Shown: positions 48,479 through 58,400 of the stretch, piece by piece
How the letters are laid out: each line of letters opens with the position of its first letter
Position numbering within the stretch: the stretch's first letter is position 1
Origin: a virus
IMG/VR virus record: IMGVR_UViG_3300025450_000015
Coordinates: 89,701-153,700 of that record
Direction: 5' to 3' (one strand)
Length of the DNA: 64,000 nt
Position numbers and translations under genes: made by a program
The notes under the pieces: model-generated
The model's input: only the letters and a program-made list of their open reading frames with translations
Databases searched by the model: none
What the model was told of the DNA's origin: nothing

Positions 48479-49940
48479 TTGGGGAATTTCTGCAAATAGT
48501 CACGATGCCGCAATAGCGGTATTCTGTGATGAAAAATTAGTGTTTGCTAGTCACAGCGAACGATTTAGCGGTATAAAAAACGATAAAAATCTATGTCGTG
48601 ATTTGGTTATGGCCGCAAAACAATACGGAGCTCCTGACCAAGTTTATTGGTATGAACGTCCATTTCTTAAGACTTTAAGACAATTTTATGCCGGTCAAGG
48701 TTGGAAAGGTCGAGACAATGATATTGAAATTTACATGGCTCGTTACGAGATCAATGCACCTATAACTTATGTCGACCATCATCTTAGTCATGCGGCTGGT
48801 GGATATTTTACCAGCGGATTCGATGAAGCATGTGTAGTAGTTATAGACGCTATTGGTGAGTGGGATACTGCTACAATATGGGAAGCAAAAGGTAGCAAAC
48901 TTAAAAAGCGATGGAGTTTACGTTATCCACATAGTATCGGATTATTCTATAGTGCCATGACTCAACGTGTGGGATTAAAGCCTAAGGAAGATGAATATAT
49001 CTTAATGGGCATGGCCGCATATGGTGATCCTAGCAAGTTAAATTTTGACATGAGTCATGATTTTATAGACAATTATGGCAACTTAAAATTTTTACGTAGT
49101 TGTCATAGAGGTGTAATGGATTGGCGTCCTGACTTAACCGTTAAAGATAGTTTTGAGATTGCGGCCACTACACAAGAAATTTATGAAGATTATTTTGAGC
49201 ATTTGTTGATAAAAGCAACAAGGCTAGTTAGTAGTAAAAATCTAGTGCTGATGGGCGGATGTGCGTTAAATTGCCTCGCCAATAGACTAACGGGCAACTA
49301 TTTTGACAATACTTGGATAATGCCGAATCCAGGAGATGCTGGTAGTGCCATAGGTGCAGTATTAGCCAAACATCCAGAATGGCAAATGACGCAAAATGAG
49401 TTTAACCCATTCCTAGGTTACAACATGGGCTATCGTGCAACTAATGAACAAATTGTCGATTATTTAGAAATTAATAAAATATGCGGTGTTGCTCGAGGAC
49501 GTGCAGAATTTGGTCCAAGGGCATTAGGTAATAGAAGTTTATTAGCGGATCCCCGCGATACAGATATAAAGGATAAAGTAAATGAAATCAAACAACGACA
49601 ACAATTCAGACCGTTTGCTCCAGCAATACTCGAGGAGTTTGTTGATGAGTATTTTACTATGCCTCGTAATTGGCATAATAGTAGGTATATGCAAGTCATC
49701 GCCCGTTTACGGAATCCTGAGCTTTATCCTGCTGTCGTGCATCGTGATGGAAGTTCACGTGTACAAACTGTTCCAAACGATGGATCGCCGTTCAGAAAAC
49801 TCTTAGAGCTATGGTATGCTCGAACTGGATGCCCGATGTTACTTAATACCAGTTTAAACATTAAGGGTAAACCTATGGTGAATGATCATGCAGATGCAAA
49901 GAGCTTTGAACGCCATTACGGTGTTAAAGTGTTTAATTAA
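48471..49940 (+). CDS. Carbamoyltransferase (NodU/CmcH family)
   Basis: Start reassigned to ATG 48471. HDAA, ERFS, HHLSHA, MGMAAYG, GGCALN, GDAGSAIG, EFGPRALGNRS, FRPFAP and LLNTSLN motifs. Confidence 0.93.
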   Translation: MISWGISANSHDAAIAVFCDEKLVFASHSERFSGIKNDKNLCRDLVMAAKQYGAPDQVYWYERPFLKTLRQFYAGQGWKGRDNDIEIYMARYEINAPITYVDHHLSHAAGGYFTSGFDEACVVVIDAIGEWDTATIWEAKGSKLKKRWSLRYPHSIGLFYSAMTQRVGLKPKEDEYILMGMAAYGDPSKLNFDMSHDFIDNYGNLKFLRSCHRGVMDWRPDLTVKDSFEIAATTQEIYEDYFEHLLIKATRLVSSKNLVLMGGCALNCLANRLTGNYFDNTWIMPNPGDAGSAIGAVLAKHPEWQMTQNEFNPFLGYNMGYRATNEQIVDYLEINKICGVARGRAEFGPRALGNRSLLADPRDTDIKDKVNEIKQRQQFRPFAPAILEEFVDEYFTMPRNWHNSRYMQVIARLRNPELYPAVVHRDGSSRVQTVPNDGSPFRKLLELWYARTGCPMLLNTSLNIKGKPMVNDHADAKSFERHYGVKVFN

Positions 49941-49955
49941 AGTGTATAATACAAT

Positions 49956-51374
49956 ATGAAACAAAATACAGATTACGGATATGATATACAAAAAGTATAT
50001 CTAGAAATGATGTTGGCAGATGCCGCCACGTTTAGTAGATGTCAGGGCATTTTTGATCATACATTGTTTGATCGTAGATTGCAGCCGGCGGCTGAATTTA
50101 TGCATCAGTACATTGAAGAACATTCTGTAGTGCCCACAGAAGAGATTATCAATGCCGCCACTGGTAGCAATTTTAAAGTGCCACATGATTTGCGTGATGA
50201 ACACTATGACTGGCTACTTAATGATTTTGAAACATTCATTCGACATAAAGGTTTGGAAAAAGCAATCTTAGAAAGCGCCGATTTGTTAGAAAAAGGTGAA
50301 TACGGTAGTGTTGAAGAAAAGATCAAGTTAGCGGTACAAATTGGTCTGCAGAGAGATTTAGGTACAGATTACTGGCTGGATCCTCGCACACGTTTGATGA
50401 AGATTAAAGACAAAAATGGTCAAGTATCGACTGGCTGGAAAGCAGTCGATGACAAATTATTCGGCGGATTTAATCGTGGTGAGTTGAATATTTTTGCAGG
50501 CGGATCAGGAGCAGGCAAGTCGTTATTCTTAGCAAACTTAGGTATCAACTTTGCAGAAAAAGGCATGAATGTAGTTTACTTAACCCTAGAACTTTCAGAA
50601 GAACTCGTTGCTATGCGTATGGATGCAATGGTAACAGGTATGGCTACTAAGGATGTGTTTAAGAACTTAGATGATGTTGAAATGAAGGTCAAAATGGTAG
50701 GTAAGAAGTCTGGTACATATCAGATCAAATATATGCCAAGCGGTAAAACTACAAACGATATTCGGGCGTATTTGAAAGAATATGAAATTAAATTAGGACG
50801 TAGAGTCGATGTGTTGTTAGTTGACTATTTGGACTTGTTAATGCCTATGGGTAAGAAAATTAGTGCTGAAAACTTGTTTGTCAAAGACAAATATGTGTCA
50901 GAAGAATTACGCAATTTAGCTATGGAAAAGAACTGTGTGTTTGTTACTGCGGCACAGTTAAATCGCGGTGCTGTGGAAGAAGTTGAGTTTGATCACAGTC
51001 ATATTTCAGGTGGATTGAGTAAGATTCAGACAGCAGATAATGTGTTTGGTATCTTTACAAGTCGTGCTATGCGTGAGCGTGGTCGCTATCAAATTCAGCT
51101 GATGAAGACACGTAGTTCAAGCGGTGTTGGTCAAAAGATTGACTTGGAGTTCAATATTGACAGTTTGCGTATCAGCGACCTATCCGAGGAAGATAGTTAT
51201 GGAAATAACAACAGTCAAAGTGCTGGCAGTGCATTACTTAACACTATTAAGAATCGTCAAACGGTAGCTCAAGAAAACCCAACAGATGGACTTGCTGTAC
51301 CAAAAGTTCGTGCAGAAGTTGCAAGTAGTAAATTAAGAGACCTATTGAATAATCTTCCGTCTGATGATATTTGA
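49956..51374 (+). CDS. gp41: Replicative DNA helicase (T4 gp41/DnaB-like)
   Basis: STGW, GGSGAGKS, LELSE, VDYLDL, TAAQLNR and MKTR motifs. TATAAT at 49945-49950. Confidence 0.92.
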   Translation: MKQNTDYGYDIQKVYLEMMLADAATFSRCQGIFDHTLFDRRLQPAAEFMHQYIEEHSVVPTEEIINAATGSNFKVPHDLRDEHYDWLLNDFETFIRHKGLEKAILESADLLEKGEYGSVEEKIKLAVQIGLQRDLGTDYWLDPRTRLMKIKDKNGQVSTGWKAVDDKLFGGFNRGELNIFAGGSGAGKSLFLANLGINFAEKGMNVVYLTLELSEELVAMRMDAMVTGMATKDVFKNLDDVEMKVKMVGKKSGTYQIKYMPSGKTTNDIRAYLKEYEIKLGRRVDVLLVDYLDLLMPMGKKISAENLFVKDKYVSEELRNLAMEKNCVFVTAAQLNRGAVEEVEFDHSHISGGLSKIQTADNVFGIFTSRAMRERGRYQIQLMKTRSSSGVGQKIDLEFNIDSLRISDLSEEDSYGNNNSQSAGSALLNTIKNRQTVAQENPTDGLAVPKVRAEVASSKLRDLLNNLPSDDI

Positions 51375-51408
51375 TGGTTTTTAGACAGAATAGATAAGTA
51401 CGTATATA

Positions 51409-51852
51409 ATGGAACTATATCATCTACGCTCAACCGCAGACCCTTTAACTCGTGTAGTTAAAGATGATCCAGTACGTCCTCATATTCCATTAGAGCAACG
51501 CATTAATGATGCCGCTGAAATTTTAATCTTAAAAGCAGGGGAAGAAATCCTAGCCGCTACTTGTTTGCAATGGCTTAAAGATATTCCTACAACTGAAGAA
51601 GATTTAATCAATATGGACAAGACTAAAGATACAGCAGTATTTTATACCATATGGAGTTATGCACCCGGTGCCGGTGCAGAACTGTTAAAAAGAGCCGCTG
51701 AATGGATTTTAGGCGAATACAAAGATGTTAAAAATATTGTTACCTTAAGTCCGCAAACACCTATGGCTCGTCGTTTTCACTTAAAAAATGGTGCAACTGT
51801 GCATAAAGAAAACGAAACCACCGTTAATTATCAATATTACCACAAAGAGTAA
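51409..51852 (+). CDS. GNAT-fold-like protein
   Basis: AVFYTIWS..PGAGAELL...VTLSP....ARRFHLKNGA motif; preceded by GATAAGTA. Confidence 0.5.
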   Translation: MELYHLRSTADPLTRVVKDDPVRPHIPLEQRINDAAEILILKAGEEILAATCLQWLKDIPTTEEDLINMDKTKDTAVFYTIWSYAPGAGAELLKRAAEWILGEYKDVKNIVTLSPQTPMARRFHLKNGATVHKENETTVNYQYYHKE

Positions 51853-51886
51853 AAACGGTAAATACTAGTTATAAGGACTGGTATTT

Positions 51887-52594
51887 ATGAGCAAAACCCA
51901 ACACTCGGTTAAACTATACGGGTATGACGCTGTTAATTTAGCAAAACTAGCCTATGACCGCGGGGACATAGTTTACGATGTAACTAATCAAACAATCCGT
52001 TTGATGGATGGATCAACTGTTGGTGGCTATCCTATGGCTACTCAAACTTATGCAAATAATGCCGTTACAACAGCCTTACAGAATTATACCACTACAACTA
52101 ATTTAAATACGATTTTATCTAATTATGTTCTTACAACAGCGTTAACAACTACATTACAGTCGTATGTAACTAATACTAGTTTAAGTACTAGTTTAAGCAG
52201 TTATACTACCACAACTGGTATGAATACTGCTATCTCTAGTGCTGTAAGTACAGAAGTTACTAATAGAAATACTGCTATTTCTAGTGCTGTAAGTACAGAA
52301 GTCACTAATAGAAATAGTGCTATTACATCTGCATTAACTACATATCTTCCAACAGCTAATGCAACACTATCCATTACAGGAACATCAGGTTCTCCTGTTT
52401 CTTTTAATACAGCTGGTGGTAGTTTGACATTTGCTAGTACTAGCGGAATCTCAGTCGGTGTGAGTGGCACAACAGTAACTATTAATAGTTCTCAAGATTT
52501 AAGAACTACAGCAACACCTACTTTTGCCAATCTTAAAATTGGTAATACAACTATTCGATCTTTGGCGCTGGCATTGGCCGCGGCAATGGCGTAA
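51887..52594 (+). CDS. Fibre/whisker-like virion protein
   Basis: Thr/Ser-rich coiled-coil-like repeats; preceded by GGTAAATA and an AAGGA RBS. Confidence 0.6.
   Translation: MSKTQHSVKLYGYDAVNLAKLAYDRGDIVYDVTNQTIRLMDGSTVGGYPMATQTYANNAVTTALQNYTTTTNLNTILSNYVLTTALTTTLQSYVTNTSLSTSLSSYTTTTGMNTAISSAVSTEVTNRNTAISSAVSTEVTNRNSAITSALTTYLPTANATLSITGTSGSPVSFNTAGGSLTFASTSGISVGVSGTTVTINSSQDLRTTATPTFANLKIGNTTIRSLALALAAAMA
52223..52324 (+). repeat. 45-bp tandem repeat encoding NTAISSAVSTEVTNR
   Basis: Units start at 52223, 52268 and 52313 (partial). Confidence 0.88.
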
Positions 52595-52603
52595 GGATTT
52601 GGA

Positions 52604-54157
52604 ATGACAACATTAACACAAATTTTATTAAGAAGAGATACAGCGGCCAATTGGACCGCAGTCAATCCAATATTAGGTGCAGGTGAAACAGGAATCGAAC
52701 AAGATACACTTAAATGGAAATTCGGTGACGGCATTACTCCGTGGAATACTCTTTCTTATCCTACCCTATTATCTACCCCAACACCATCAAGTGCATTAAC
52801 AGGAACAACATTACCACCTAACGTAGTTAACTCAAGTTTAACCAGTGTTGGCACATTGCATGGATTATCTGTTACTGGAAATTTAGCTGTCACTGGTACA
52901 ATTAGTGGAACAATTAGTGCATCGAATGTCAGTGGCACGGTTTCTAATGCTACCAATGCTGTCAATTCAGTGAATGCCGGTACAGCAACTACGCTAGCAG
53001 GTGGTGCATCGAATCAATTAGTTTATCAAACAGGTTCAGGAACGATTGCTTATGTAACTGCACCAGCTGTCAGCAGTACATATTTAAGTTGGAGTGGAAG
53101 TGCATTTGTATGGGGAACTGTAGGATCTGCCGGTACAGCCGCAACTGTTACTAATGCTTCTCAGCCAAATATTACTAGTCTTGGTACACTAACAAGTTTA
53201 ACAGTGAGCGGAAATTTAACTGTAGGCGGGACAATTAATGGAACAGTTACTACTGCGGCAGGTGTTGCGGCTAGTGGTATCACTGGATCAGCTTTACCTA
53301 CTACAATCACTAGTGCGGCTGGTATCACTACACTTGGCAACATAACTAGTTTAACTGCTACTTCATTATCAGTAACTAATCCAATCAATGGAACTATATC
53401 GAGTGCAAACATCACCGGAACTTCGTTACCTAACACGATTGTGTCATCTAGTTTAACTAGCGTAGGAACACTGACAAGTTTAACATTAGGCACTAGTGCA
53501 GTTATTACCGGCGATTTTGATAATGCCACATTTGCTAACCGAACACTATTTACTACTAAAACTACTAACGCATCAACTGGTATCTATGCTGTACCAAACG
53601 GTACTAGTGGAGCCGCTAGCTGGCAAGCATTAAACAACAGTAGTCCGACTAATGCTAGCAAAATTTTAATTGCTACCAATGGTACAACCGATGTGCAGTT
53701 AGTGTCTGGAATAAATGGAAGTGGAACATATTTGCCGTTGAGTTTTTACAACAATGGTGTACAACAAATGCAGTTGGCAGTTAATGGTGCGTTGAACTTC
53801 ACTAACCCAACTATAACAACTGCAAGTACTGGCACTGTGACATTATTCAATACCAACGCTACCACTGTAAATGCATTTGGTGCGGCAACTACTATGAATA
53901 TCGGTGGTGCAGGCACCACAACTTATATTGGAGCAAATACTGGAAACACAACATTGAGTTTATTAGGAAACGGAACAACCGGTACTGCAACTATAACTAC
54001 AAACGTTACTTCTGGTACAGTTAATTTATTCGCCGGAGCACAAGCGATAAATATTGGTGCAAGTGGTGGTAGTGTTGCATTCGGTGGATCGTTAACTTCT
54101 AACGGTGTTGCCATTCCTACCATAACTACTGTATTAACTTATCAGCTGGCGTTCTAA
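52604..54157 (+). CDS. Tail fibre protein with Mtd_N/hyaluronidase-like N-terminal domain
   Basis: QILLRRDTAANWTAVNPILGAGETGIEQDT..WKFGDG.TPWN.L.Y at the N-terminus; repeated SSLTSVGTL motifs. Confidence 0.75.
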   Translation: MTTLTQILLRRDTAANWTAVNPILGAGETGIEQDTLKWKFGDGITPWNTLSYPTLLSTPTPSSALTGTTLPPNVVNSSLTSVGTLHGLSVTGNLAVTGTISGTISASNVSGTVSNATNAVNSVNAGTATTLAGGASNQLVYQTGSGTIAYVTAPAVSSTYLSWSGSAFVWGTVGSAGTAATVTNASQPNITSLGTLTSLTVSGNLTVGGTINGTVTTAAGVAASGITGSALPTTITSAAGITTLGNITSLTATSLSVTNPINGTISSANITGTSLPNTIVSSSLTSVGTLTSLTLGTSAVITGDFDNATFANRTLFTTKTTNASTGIYAVPNGTSGAASWQALNNSSPTNASKILIATNGTTDVQLVSGINGSGTYLPLSFYNNGVQQMQLAVNGALNFTNPTITTASTGTVTLFNTNATTVNAFGAATTMNIGGAGTTTYIGANTGNTTLSLLGNGTTGTATITTNVTSGTVNLFAGAQAINIGASGGSVAFGGSLTSNGVAIPTITTVLTYQLAF

Positions 54158-54165
54158 GGACAAAT

Positions 54166-54609
54166 ATGAAACAACTATTAAATTTTCAACCAATTTTTAC
54201 ACCAGGTGCTGGCGGAGTTGGTACATTAAACTTTACAAACTACCCTGGATTCAGTTTCAGTAAATTGTATGGTGTAATCGATACTACACAAAACACTCCT
54301 TTATATGTTGCCGGTGCTCCTGGCTTAGGTGCTACAGCAAGTGGATCAATAGTTACGCTGACACTTAATACTAGTACATTTAGCTCAACTGATAAACTAA
54401 ACGTTTATTATGATACTGCTCCTGGTTTTGAAAGTAATTTCTTAGCAGAATACGGCGGACAAGCCCAAAAAATGCAGGAATCGCTGGATCAGATTCTACA
54501 AGAACTAAGAGTAATGAACGTAATTTTAGCACAGGGGCTAAATATTAATGACGATATAGACGGGTTACGTAATGACGTAAACTCTGTCAATAATAACCCG
54601 ATCAATTAA
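54166..54609 (+). CDS. Hypothetical virion protein
   Basis: AAGGA RBS; its N-terminus resembles that of ORF 55437 (IFTP.AG.GT). Confidence 0.55.
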   Translation: MKQLLNFQPIFTPGAGGVGTLNFTNYPGFSFSKLYGVIDTTQNTPLYVAGAPGLGATASGSIVTLTLNTSTFSSTDKLNVYYDTAPGFESNFLAEYGGQAQKMQESLDQILQELRVMNVILAQGLNINDDIDGLRNDVNSVNNNPIN

Positions 54610-54621
54610 GGAGATTTAAGA

Positions 54622-55326
54622 ATGTTAATTCAAGGACAAGTAGGCGCACCAGCTGGTTCAAACCAACCAGGCGCTACCCCAGCAATCCGTCAAGGACAAT
54701 TAGGCGATGTAATCGTAACAGAATTACATGATCGTTTTTATGAGCAGACATACCGTGGTAACACATTTAGAACTGGTACAACTGCTATTATTGCAGGTTC
54801 ATCGACACACGGTACTGCAACAGGTGGTTCAGCTACACTAGCAACAGCCGCAACAGGTACTCCAATGCTAGGTATTTGGAACCCGGTAACTTCAGGTGTT
54901 AACGCTGTTTTGACACAAGCTCAATTTTCAGCATTTTATAATACTGTAACAACACCAACACCATTTGGTGCATTAGTTTGGTATGTAGGTACAGGTAACA
55001 GTGCAATTTCAACTGGTCTAGCACCATTCAACAGCAAGACATTGACACAAGCTGGTTCACAAACTAAAGGTTTTGCCGGCGCTACTGCTCTTACTGGTTT
55101 AACTAACCCATTGACAGCTTTAGAAGTTGCTGACTTCCAAAGTGGCGGAGCAATACAGCTTGGTACTATTGCCAACACATCAGTTGCTCCAGGATTAACA
55201 AGCGTACAAAACTTTGATGGACAATTAATTATTCCACCAGGTGGCGTACTAGCTTTATACAACACAGCGGCTACAACATCATTCAGCTTTGCTGGTCGTT
55301 TATTGTGGGAAGAAGTTCCAGTTTAA
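54622..55326 (+). CDS. Hypothetical virion protein
   Basis: Strong AAGGAG RBS; Gly/Ala/Thr-rich, ending in the beta-sandwich-like LLWEEVPV. Confidence 0.6.
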   Translation: MLIQGQVGAPAGSNQPGATPAIRQGQLGDVIVTELHDRFYEQTYRGNTFRTGTTAIIAGSSTHGTATGGSATLATAATGTPMLGIWNPVTSGVNAVLTQAQFSAFYNTVTTPTPFGALVWYVGTGNSAISTGLAPFNSKTLTQAGSQTKGFAGATALTGLTNPLTALEVADFQSGGAIQLGTIANTSVAPGLTSVQNFDGQLIIPPGGVLALYNTAATTSFSFAGRLLWEEVPV

Positions 55327-55346
55327 TTAATTAGACTAAACAAAAT

Positions 55347-55371
55347 ACCCGTACTAGTTACGGGTTTTTTT
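55347..55371 (+). terminator. Intrinsic terminator
   Basis: ACCCGTA-ctagt-TACGGGT hairpin followed by a T-run. Confidence 0.8.
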
Positions 55372-55436
55372 GTGACCTTAACAATATTATGTGCTAGTAT
55401 GGGTTTGATAAATATAAACAAGATACGGAGATTTGA

Positions 55437-58400
55437 ATGGCAAAAGCACAGCTTAGACAATATATTTTTACACCAGTGGCTGGCGCCGGTACAATAGAAA
55501 TACCTGGAAAATATGATCTACAACAGTTTCTAGTAATTACAAATACCACACGAAACACAATACTTTATAATTTTGCAGATACAACTTATACTGGTACAAC
55601 TGTTTCTTTTTTACGTGGTATTAACGATATTAGTTTCCCAGACGCATTAGATAACTCAGACGGTGTTACTATTATCACCTTGGCAGCAGGTACAACTACT
55701 GGCATGGCATCAACTGATACATTACAGATATTGTATGAACAGCCATTTCAATATGTACGTAGTCCAGAAGTAGGAACCGATGCGTTTGAACGTCAACGTG
55801 TTGCTTCTCCGCAATCATTATTAGATGCTGACTTTGAGTATGGTATGCAACCGACTAAGTGGTTGACCATTAGTCAGCAACGTAGTGTTCCTGCAATCTA
55901 TGAAATTCCAGGAACAGATTTAACAGTGACTGCCGCAACAACAGACGCAAGTTCTGGTGGCGGTGGACTAACTACATCAGAATCAGTTATTACAATTACC
56001 ACTGCTAGTGTTCACGGATATAGTGTAGGGCAGCCAATCACTATTAGAGGATTTAATAGTGCTTACACTGGCTATGATCGTGCTGAAGGATCTTTTGTTG
56101 TTTATCAAATAATAAACTCAACATCGTTTACATACATAGCAAAAGGTAAAGTAGGTTTTACTAACGGTGATAATATTTGGACTGCCTTTATTCAACTTCG
56201 TCAGGGCGGGTTTTATAGTGGATCGAATATAAATGCAGTCCTTAATACAACAGCAACAGCAACTAGTGGTGTAACTTATCAAATTACACTTGGCTCAACT
56301 ACTGGTATGACTCAAGGTAGTCCTATCACGTTTAATACTATCAATACCAATGCATTTGCAACCAACGCATCAACTGGTTATATTTCTGTTGGAACTACTG
56401 TTGGTATGGTAACCGGTATGCCTGTGACATTCTCTGGAGCACCATTCGGAGGATTATTAAATGGTGTCACATATTACATAACTGGTATTATCAACACCAG
56501 TACGATTACTATAAGTCTTGCCAGCGGTGGGTCTAATTTTACACCTTCTGCTACGGTTAATGGTGGTAACATGGCAGTTGTTGGAGGCGGCAACTTTGGC
56601 AATCTAACTTCTGGTACACAATATTATATTTCAGGTATTAGCGGTAATCAAATTACAGTTAGTTTACAACAACAATATACTACAACAATTACTGGTACCA
56701 ATGCGTTATCCAACGGAGTTTATTTTAGTAACTATATTTTAAATGGTGTATCTGTTGGCGGCACTACTAACATGGTAGTAGGTGAAACAGTCAGTATCAG
56801 TGGTACTACTATTGGTAACTTATTAGCTGGAACATATTACATTTATGCAATCTTAGACAGTAACTATGCACAATTAAGTCTTACTAGTCCAACCAGTTTA
56901 AACGGACTAGTACTAGCAACTCAAACTACTGCTGTGTATTCTGGTAGCCCAATGAACGTAACTGTTGGTACAAACGTAGTCTTAACTAACAGTACAGGAT
57001 ATTTGTGGGCGGTAGCTATTTCTCCTCCAACAATAACATATACTACACCTAGTTCTGTTGCCAGTTTTGCTGGAACAATTTCAGGAAAAGTTTTAACAGT
57101 TAGTTCTGTGACAAGCGGAGTTCTTGCTCCTGGACAAGGATTGTCTTCTGGTACTGCTACAGTTCCTAGTGCAACTTCTATCATTATTCAATTGACTCCT
57201 ACCGGCGCAAGTCCTGTAGTAAGTCCAACTTTAACTGCTGGCGGAACAGCAGGTACATATAGTTTTACAGTAAACAGTCCTACAAATATTGTAGTTGGAC
57301 AAATTGTGTCAGGAACTGGTATTCCTAACTCAACATTTGTTACAGGCATTGTTGGTAGTGTTATTACTTTATCCAATGTGTTCAGTAGTGCTGGTTCAGG
57401 TACTTATAATTTTTATACAGCATACCAGCAAGGTACTTATAGTATAAGTCAATCGGCCACAGTAGGATCTAGCAGTACATTTTCAGCTGTTAACGTCAAT
57501 CCTACCATTACAGTTAACACAACAAGTCCGCATGGATTTACTCCAGGTGAAACAATCAACGTTGTAGTAAATAGCGAAAACGGAACTAACAACAATACAT
57601 TAGCAAATGGTCCTTTCTTCGTTGAGGCAGTAACAAGCCCTACAACATTTACATATACTGCTCGCGGTGCAGGAGTTATAACCGGTACAGTTTCTGCTCA
57701 AATTTATGCTCGTCCTGATAGTTTTTATTCACATAGACCGTTCGACGGCGGAGTACAATTAGGTACAGGTGGCCCAGCTTATGCAACACAGGCCATCCGT
57801 ATGAGCAAGAAATACATACGTTATCAATCAGGTAAAGCAATTAACTTTAATACTGGTTTACTAATGGCACCAAATTACTTTGTACGTAGTGCAGTTGCTA
57901 CAGGTCAAAATTATGCTACAGGGTTGTCAATCACTGTGGCTAATACTAACGGATCTGTTGTAATTACTAGCGGTACCTATGTACAAGGACAGGCATTAAT
58001 AATATCAAACGTATCATTAAATGGTGCAGTGGGATTAACAGCCGGTACATACTATATTGCAGTTGGCGGTACTGGAACTAGTATTACACTAGCCAGTTCT
58101 TATGCAAACGCCATGGCAGGAACAGCAATTACATCTGTTACCCAATCGGGGTCTCTGACTGCCACGGCTATATTAACTCCAGTATTAACTATCACAACCG
58201 ACGACGTAGATCACGGTTGTCAGCAAGGTACTAGTGTAACACTTAGTGGTATTATAACAACAGGATACAATGGTACATATACTGTAGTCAACATTATCGA
58301 CGAACGTACATTACAAGTGTTAGCTAATCAAACGTTAGGTGCACCTACTGGATTAATTGGTGCCGCAATTGGCGATCCTTGTTTATTAAGTTTAAACAAC

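Noticed and set aside
52604-54157. Diversity-generating retroelement suggested by the Mtd_N-like domain
   Set aside because: No reverse transcriptase and no template/variable repeat pair is visible in the window.
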